This document shows, one piece after another, positions 8,159 to 13,369 of a stretch of DNA of 13,369 nucleotides. The DNA comes from Thermodesulfobacteriota bacterium (lineage in GTDB: Bacteria > Desulfobacterota_D > UBA1144 > Nemesobacterales > N074bin48). Each line of letters starts with the position of its first letter. The first letter of the stretch is position 1. The notes under the pieces are model-generated. The model saw nothing but the letters and a program-made list of their open reading frames with translations, was not told the DNA's origin and did not search any database. Location: positions 1 to 13,369 of the forward strand of contig JBFFSH010000071.1 in the NCBI GenBank assembly GCA_041572575.1, given 5' to 3'. A program made the position numbers and the translations under genes.

Positions 8159-9484
8159 CTATGAATCTATGTCAATTTCATTTTCTTGGGATTTTTTGTT
8201 GCTTTTTGCAGCTTTTTTCTCAGTGATTTTGGCCTTTTCGATAATAAAGTCTAAAACCTTCTGTTCTGTGAGTCTTGATTCAAGGCCATCAAGCATATTA
8301 TTTTTCTCATATGTCTGTTTAAACTGATCAAAAGGTATCCTGTACATAGCGGCCATTTCGTATAGTGCAGCATCAATCTCTTTTTCTGTTGCATAGATTT
8401 CTTCTTTACCTGCAATCTTTCCAAGTATTACAGAAGCCCTGACATTAGTTTCGGCACGCTTGTCTATATTGGCGGCAACATCCTCAGTTATTTCAGGCAC
8501 TTCCAAACCTCTGCTCTGATAGTCATTAGCAAACCGGTTAAACAGATGTGTCTTTTCCTGATCAAGAAGGCTCTGTGGAATATCAAAAGAGTATTTAGCT
8601 ATTAGTTTCTTCATTATTTCCTGTCTCATTTTTCCATCGGCCTGATCCTCAAGCTGTTTTTCGAGGTCTTCATTTATCCTGCTCTCGAGTTCTTTGATAT
8701 TTTCTAAATCATACTGCTTTGCAAATTCATCATCGAGATTGGGAAGCACCCTTTCTTTGATATCATTCATTTTTACTTTAAAGTTAACTTCCTTTCCGGC
8801 AGCTTCTTTTATCGCAAAATCCTTATCATAGGAAATAGAAAACTCCTTTTCTTCGCCTACTTTCATCCCAATCAGGTGTTTTTCAAAATCTTCAATCAGC
8901 TTCTCTTCACCAACCAAAAGCTGCAGGTTTTCTTTTTTAAGGTCGGGCAGAGATTCTCCATCTACAAATCCTTGCTGATCAATGAACACATAATCACCTT
9001 TTTTGGATTTTCTTGCCCTTTTTAACGGTACGGCTTCAGCCGCATTTTCTCTAAGCCTGTCGAGAGCTTTTTGAGTGTCTTCCTTTTTCAGTTTTTCCTT
9101 TTCTTTTGTTAACTCCATTCCCTCATATTCACTTACATCAAAATCAGGAACTATCTCAAACTCTGCCGTGTAATTAAAATCAGAGCCTTTTTTAAGCTCG
9201 TCAGGCTCAAGGCGGGGTTTATTTACTGGAATAAGTTTATTTTCTTCAAGTATTTTATAGAAAGTATCGTTTACAACCTTGGTAGTTACTTCTGCCGTTA
9301 TCTGTTTTCCAAACATCGACATTATTAGATGAACAGGAGTCTTACCTTTCCTAAACCCTTTTATACTGGCTGTACTTTTAAATTCTGTAATGATTTCATC
9401 AAACTGATCGTCTACCTGCTTTGCAGGAATAGAAATCGCTAGTTTTCTTTCTGTACTGCTTACTCTTTCAATATCTACGTTCAT
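8159..9484 (-). CDS. tig: Trigger factor
   Basis: 441 aa; GFRKGK ribosome-binding signature, FKBP-like middle domain, [10 protein letters not shown]; directly upstream of clpP. Confidence 0.96.
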   Translation of the reverse strand: MNVDIERVSSTERKLAISIPAKQVDDQFDEIITEFKSTASIKGFRKGKTPVHLIMSMFGKQITAEVTTKVVNDTFYKILEENKLIPVNKPRLEPDELKKGSDFNYTAEFEIVPDFDVSEYEGMELTKEKEKLKKEDTQKALDRLRENAAEAVPLKRARKSKKGDYVFIDQQGFVDGESLPDLKKENLQLLVGEEKLIEDFEKHLIGMKVGEEKEFSISYDKDFAIKEAAGKEVNFKVKMNDIKERVLPNLDDEFAKQYDLENIKELESRINEDLEKQLEDQADGKMRQEIMKKLIAKYSFDIPQSLLDQEKTHLFNRFANDYQSRGLEVPEITEDVAANIDKRAETNVRASVILGKIAGKEEIYATEKEIDAALYEMAAMYRIPFDQFKQTYEKNNMLDGLESRLTEQKVLDFIIEKAKITEKKAAKSNKKSQENEIDIDS

Positions 9485-9514
9485 TTTATCTGTAACCCCT
9501 GTTTAGAAGATTAA

Positions 9515-9596
9515 TGCGAGAGGGGGGAGTCGAACCCCCACACCTCGCGGTACTGGATCCTAAATCCAGCGCGTCTGCCAGTTCCGCCACTCTCGC
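9515..9596 (-). tRNA. tRNA-Leu(TAG)
   Basis: GCGAGAG acceptor stem, anticodon arm CTGGA-TTTAGGA-TCCAG, long variable arm, GGTTCGACTCC; CCA not encoded. Confidence 0.95.
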
Positions 9597-9605
9597 TAAA
9601 GGCAA

Positions 9606-10277
9606 TTAAGTATTTTTCCTGATAGCATAGAGAAATGCAATATTTGAATGCACGGGGCTTGGAGTTTCTATGAGACTAAACTTTTGAGAAAGCCTTGCGG
9701 TAAGCTCTTTATATGCCTTTATCATATCATCATTAAAAAAGTGAACCTCAAACGCCATATAATCAATTTTATCCAGTACCTCATCAGATACATCTTTAAA
9801 TATTGCATATTCACACCCCTCACAGTCCACTTTTAAAAAATCACAGTGCTCTATATTGTGTTCAGAAAAGATGTCATTTAGTGAATCCACCCTTTTTTGA
9901 ATGAGATTTATATTTGTACAATTATTTATTTCCATATTGCCACGCATTCTCTCAATACTCTCATCCACTATCTCAAAACCATATACTGTCTTTGCTGTTT
10001 TTGCTGCATAGATACTGAACTCACCTATAGCTGCACCAATGTCTATTACTATATCTCCCTCTTTTAATCTCCTGTGATCTTCATACTGTTTGTCGAGCAC
10101 CACTTCTTTTATTGTCCAGATTTCTATAAGTGCCTTTACATAAAAATTTATGCCGGCTCTGGTTTTCAAAAGCATCTTTCCGTCTAAAAACATTAGTGGA
10201 ATAGAGTAGAAATTAACCCCGAAAAGCAGGGTTGGGATAGATGAAAGATAATATTGTATGGCTGAGAATAATTTCAT
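9606..10277 (-). CDS. FkbM-family SAM-dependent methyltransferase
   Basis: VIDIGAAIGEFS (SAM motif I), VYGFE, CDFLKVDCEGCEY, FEVH. Confidence 0.85.
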   Translation of the reverse strand: MKLFSAIQYYLSSIPTLLFGVNFYSIPLMFLDGKMLLKTRAGINFYVKALIEIWTIKEVVLDKQYEDHRRLKEGDIVIDIGAAIGEFSIYAAKTAKTVYGFEIVDESIERMRGNMEINNCTNINLIQKRVDSLNDIFSEHNIEHCDFLKVDCEGCEYAIFKDVSDEVLDKIDYMAFEVHFFNDDMIKAYKELTARLSQKFSLIETPSPVHSNIAFLYAIRKNT

Positions 10278-10333
10278 AGAAACGGGTACTTAGTACTTCT
10301 AAAATTAAATGATCTGAATAATGTATAAATTTT

Positions 10334-10407
10334 TGGGCTGTGGGGGAATCGAACCCTCGACCCAGTGATTAAGAGTCACTTGCTCTACCTAGCTGAGCTA
10401 ACAGCCC
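10334..10407 (-). tRNA. tRNA-Lys(CTT)
   Basis: GGGCTGT/ACAGCCC acceptor stem, anticodon arm AGTGA-CTCTTAA-TCACT, GGTTCGATTCC; CCA not encoded; one A-C mismatch in T stem. Confidence 0.94.
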
Positions 10408-10573
10408 AAAAAAATCAATTATTTTTTAGCTTAGCTGAAAATGTTTGGGGTGACAATGGGTAGGTACAGATGATATATTTTAATTCTAGTAGAAATAGAG
10501 ATTTGTTATTTTGATAATATTAAATCTCAGAAAAAATATATATTAAACCTAAGGCACTTACGGAGAGCAACTA

Positions 10574-11188
10574 GTGGTTGAACCGATATCAAAAAGTAAC
10601 AAAAGGCAACGTGCTGATAAAATTAAGGCATATCGATGCAAGAACCTGATAGCCGTTATAGAAGATCCGCACGACATAAAAAATATCGGAACTGTGATAA
10701 GAAATGTAAACGCACTGGGTGTTGAGAAGGCTTATATTGTGGACCCTAGAAAAACCTTGCCGGATGATTGGCAGGATATGAGGGAAAGAAAATCACTTTC
10801 TGCAACGTCGGCTTCAGCAGTTAAATGGAGTTTTGTAAAGAGGTTTAATAGTACTGGATCGTGCATCGAGTATTTAGAAAAAAACCGGTATGTATCTATT
10901 GTCACCTCGCCACATATAAAGGGACAGAAAAACGTTATTTTACATGAATGTGATTATACACAACATGCCAAACTGGCTGTTTGGTTTGGAAATGAGTCGA
11001 GAGGAATTAGCGATCAAGCCGTAAAACACTGCGAATTGTGCGTAAGCATACCAATGCTGGGAATGATCGAAAGTCTTAATCTGGGCACAACATCAGGAAT
11101 TGTTTTATACGAAATTACAAAGCAAAGGCGTGAGTATCAGAGAAAATACAAGTATAGAAACAGACGTGGCAGAAAATATATTGTTTAA
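10574..11188 (+). CDS. SpoU/TrmH-family RNA 2'-O-methyltransferase
   Basis: SPOUT motifs EDPHDIKNIGTVIRN, FGNESRGIS, IPMLGMIESLNL...LYE; GGAG SD before GTG start. Substrate not determinable. Confidence 0.88.
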   Translation: MVEPISKSNKRQRADKIKAYRCKNLIAVIEDPHDIKNIGTVIRNVNALGVEKAYIVDPRKTLPDDWQDMRERKSLSATSASAVKWSFVKRFNSTGSCIEYLEKNRYVSIVTSPHIKGQKNVILHECDYTQHAKLAVWFGNESRGISDQAVKHCELCVSIPMLGMIESLNLGTTSGIVLYEITKQRREYQRKYKYRNRRGRKYIV

Positions 11189-11716
11189 TACCTGTCTTAA
11201 CAGAGCTTTGGTACATACAATTAAAAATACTGTCCAATATCAGGGCCTGATATTGGACAGTAGAATACAAGTGAAAAATTAGATGCTATCTGTTTCATAT
11301 TTCACCTTTTATATCTCTTTGCAATATAATTTCCTAGGATAAATTTTTAGCTTCATAAATCCGACACAGTTGTTCACTAGGATAATTAAAGTTAACCCTC
11401 ATAATTGAAAGTTTGTCGGAAAGTATTGATGCCCGGATAACTTCACCCTCGATAGTTATAATTCCCTCAACTTTAGAATGAACCTTCATATATATAGTGA
11501 CTATATATAGTACCAGAACTATTTATTGATGCTCTTTTACCTTCTCATTGGTATTCCGAGTGGGTTTCTCATTAATATTTTACCTGTTTTCTTTCCTACA
11601 CTTGTCACTATTTATCATGTATATCACTTCATCTGTACTACAATAATAATTACTGTAAAATTAGTTCTTACAGTTGTACTGTCTGTTCAAATTGTTAAAC
11701 TACGGAGATAGTATAA

Positions 11717-12355
11717 ATGGACATCATAGGGCTGATCACAACGCTGCTTATCATGCAATCTATAGACTCTGGTGAAGTCATTCGTTTACCCCAACCCAGC
11801 ATCAAAGGCGGGACTTCACTGGTAGAAAACCTCGCCAAACGCCGCACAGTCAGGGAGTTTAGCTCAAAACGCTTGTCAATCAGGCAAATTGGCCAGCTGC
11901 TATGGGCCGCACAAGGAATCACGGAAAAAAGCTTGGGGCTGCGCACTGCCCCCTCCGCCGGGGCTTTGTATCCTCTGGAAATCTATGTTGTTTTGCCCGA
12001 AGGAATTTATCACTATAATCCGCACCGGCATGAACTGAAACGAGTAATAGAAGGCGACAGACGCACTCAGTTGCAGAACGCGGCGTTGGGGCAGGAGGCC
12101 ATTGGTACGGCTCCTGCTGTTTTTGCTTTTGTGGCGGTGTACGAACGAACTGCTGTAAAATACGGCGATCGGGCAAGCCGTTATGTCGATATCGAAACCG
12201 GGCATGCCTGTCAGAATTTGTTGTTGCAAGCCACAGCACTGGGCTTGGGGGGCGTGCCCATTGGTGCATTTTATGACAAGCCTGTTGCCGATGTGCTCAA
12301 ACTGCAAAAGAATGCAAGCCCGCTGTACCTAGTGCCGGTTGGCTACCCGAGGTAA
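11717..12355 (+). CDS. SagB/ThcOx-family dehydrogenase (nitroreductase superfamily)
   Basis: KRRTVREF, QLLWAAQG, RTAPSAGALYPLEIY, KYGDRASRY, ETGHACQNLLL, IGAF; GGAG SD. Confidence 0.92.
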   Translation: MDIIGLITTLLIMQSIDSGEVIRLPQPSIKGGTSLVENLAKRRTVREFSSKRLSIRQIGQLLWAAQGITEKSLGLRTAPSAGALYPLEIYVVLPEGIYHYNPHRHELKRVIEGDRRTQLQNAALGQEAIGTAPAVFAFVAVYERTAVKYGDRASRYVDIETGHACQNLLLQATALGLGGVPIGAFYDKPVADVLKLQKNASPLYLVPVGYPR

Positions 12356-12369
12356 TGAGGCGGGTAGCC
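12341..12369 (+). other. GC-rich hairpin enclosing the stop codon of the SagB-like gene
   Basis: GGCTACCCG-N11-CGGGTAGCC perfect 9-bp stem; no adjacent U-tract. Confidence 0.55.
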
Positions 12370-12537
12370 CATGCTTAACAACAGATTTTAATTAGTAAAA
12401 GTAAAAGGAACGTAAAGTGGATGCTTCCCTTTTTATCCTGGCTTTTCCTTAATACAGTAAGCGGCGTATACGACCGCGGCAAGATCAGAACAGGCAATCA
12501 TTATACAATTTCATAGAATTATGTATATTTAATACCC

Positions 12538-12798
12538 ATGAATAGTGACTGGAAAACGATATTTAGAGGTAAGGTTTTGGGTTTAGATATTACTATCACA
12601 CGCCATGATGATTATGGTTACAGATTACAATATATATATCCTAAAGATCACATGGGAGTAATTGATACGGAAAGCTCTCATCCTGAAGGGGACATATTCG
12701 TATTACAGGGAGAAGATAAAGAAGATTTAAGAGTTAAGATGATTGAAGAGAACCGTTTTGTTGAAGAACAAATCGAAGCAATCTTTAAAAAATTTTGA
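12538..12798 (+). CDS. Hypothetical protein (86 aa, acidic)
   Basis: ATG-initiated ORF with protein-like composition in an AT-rich region; no motif recognised, no clear SD. Confidence 0.55.
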   Translation: MNSDWKTIFRGKVLGLDITITRHDDYGYRLQYIYPKDHMGVIDTESSHPEGDIFVLQGEDKEDLRVKMIEENRFVEEQIEAIFKKF

Positions 12799-12850
12799 TG
12801 ACTTCCACCGTTCAATCTTTTATAAAAAGGGGGAAGAAAAAGGAAAGCAT

Positions 12851-13251
12851 TGTACTAGCTCAGTAATTCGGCAACTTTTCGTAGTTTATCAAAAGGAGTA
12901 TCATAGTTCAAACCTCCATGTCTTCTAAGATGATTAAATTCAAATAAATAATTACCCAGATTTAATATTAAATCCTCTATTGATTCAAACTTGTTTGGAC
13001 CGAAAAACTCTTTTTTCATTATCTTGAAAAATGATTCTATCTTCCCGTTTGTCTGTTGTCTTCCTATTCTTGTGTATATATGCTTAATTCCAAGCTCCCC
13101 GGTCTCGGACCTCTTTTATGTGGAAGCAAAGACTCTTCTTTCTTTCCACCCTCGATCCATTTCAGGTAATACCGTCTTAGGTCTCTTTTATGTATATGAT
13201 GGGCTTCACAAAGGTCTTTTACAAACTTAAAGGGCTTGGGAGTTACTTTGG
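12851..13251 (-). mobile_element. Internally deleted IS481-family element remnant (transposase pseudogene)
   Basis: 13249-13094 reads KVTPKPFKFVKDLCEAHHIHKRDLRRYYLKWIEGG...LLPHKRGPRPGS (HTH region). 13097-12855 in another frame reads ELGIKHIYTRIGRQQTNGKIESFFK...FNHLRRHGGLNYDTPFDKL...LLS* (integrase-core tail). Terminus TGT at 12851. Not in the ORF track. Confidence 0.8.
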
Positions 13252-13369
13252 TGACCTTGCCCCATATAATAGTACCAGATTATAAGTTAGAATTTTAGGT
13301 AATAAACCCTATGAATAGGAGGCAAGGGAAATGCCCAGAAAGCGTTACACACCAGAGCAGATAATAAGA
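13252..13369 (+). mobile_element. Left end of an IS3-family insertion sequence (truncated by window edge)
   Basis: 5'-TGACCTTGCCCC...GTACCA terminus, AGGAGG SD at 13317-13322, OrfA start at 13331. Confidence 0.88.
13331..13369 (+). CDS. IS3-family transposase OrfA, N-terminus (partial)
   Basis: MPRKRYTPEQIIR, typical start of an IS3 OrfA HTH protein. Confidence 0.8.
   Translation, partial: MPRKRYTPEQIIR

Noticed and set aside
2147..9836. Short alternative-frame ORFs 2147-2380, 4754-4936, 5356-5538, 6437-6658, 6747-6977, 6832-7029, 8026-8226, 9648-9836
   Set aside because: All overlap well-supported genes on the opposite strand or frame and show no motifs.
11652..11674. Inverted repeat ACTGTAA-N9-TTACAGT as a LexA box
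   Set aside because: Spacing between CTGT and ACAG is 13, not 8; a 7-bp AT-rich IR is too weak to call.
11100..12307. ORFs 11100-11282, 11526-11711, 11695-11946, 11900-12307, 11919-12269
   Set aside because: Shadows of trmH-like or SagB-like genes, or (11526-11711) a T-rich hydrophobic frame with TTG start and no SD.
11717..12355. Azole-containing RiPP biosynthetic cluster
   Set aside because: No YcaO cyclodehydratase, precursor peptide or transporter nearby; stand-alone SagB-like genes are common.
12743..13230. Plus-strand ORFs 12743-12928 and 12991-13230
   Set aside because: Antisense to the IS481-like transposase remnant, which explains the sequence better.

Overview
AT-rich bacterial chromosomal segment bounded at both ends by IS3-family sequence, so probably a contig broken at IS repeats. 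The core is a minus-strand housekeeping block: tRNA-Lys(CTT), FkbM-type methyltransferase, tRNA-Leu(TAG), tig-clpP-clpX-lon, tRNA-Val(TAC), tRNA-Asp(GTC). Beyond the 3' end of tRNA-Asp (142-3544) is a probable integrated element or hotspot. It holds an intact tyrosine integrase coupled to a small RHH-like regulator, a secreted DUF4124-like/thermonuclease-like gene broken by an in-frame TAA, a mini IPTL-CTERM surface protein, and short relics of further integrase tails with arm-like repeats. The right flank has a SpoU/TrmH methyltransferase, a GC-richer SagB/nitroreductase gene, a small hypothetical gene and an internally deleted IS481-like element interrupted by an IS3 element. The first 52 bp of that IS3 end are a perfect inverted copy of 90-141. 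IPTL-CTERM and the gene order hint at a Desulfobacterota/Dadabacteria-like host (inference only). I see no clearly new biological system; the best leads are the tRNA-Asp island module and the nested IS ends. All family calls come from motif recognition by eye, without database searches.
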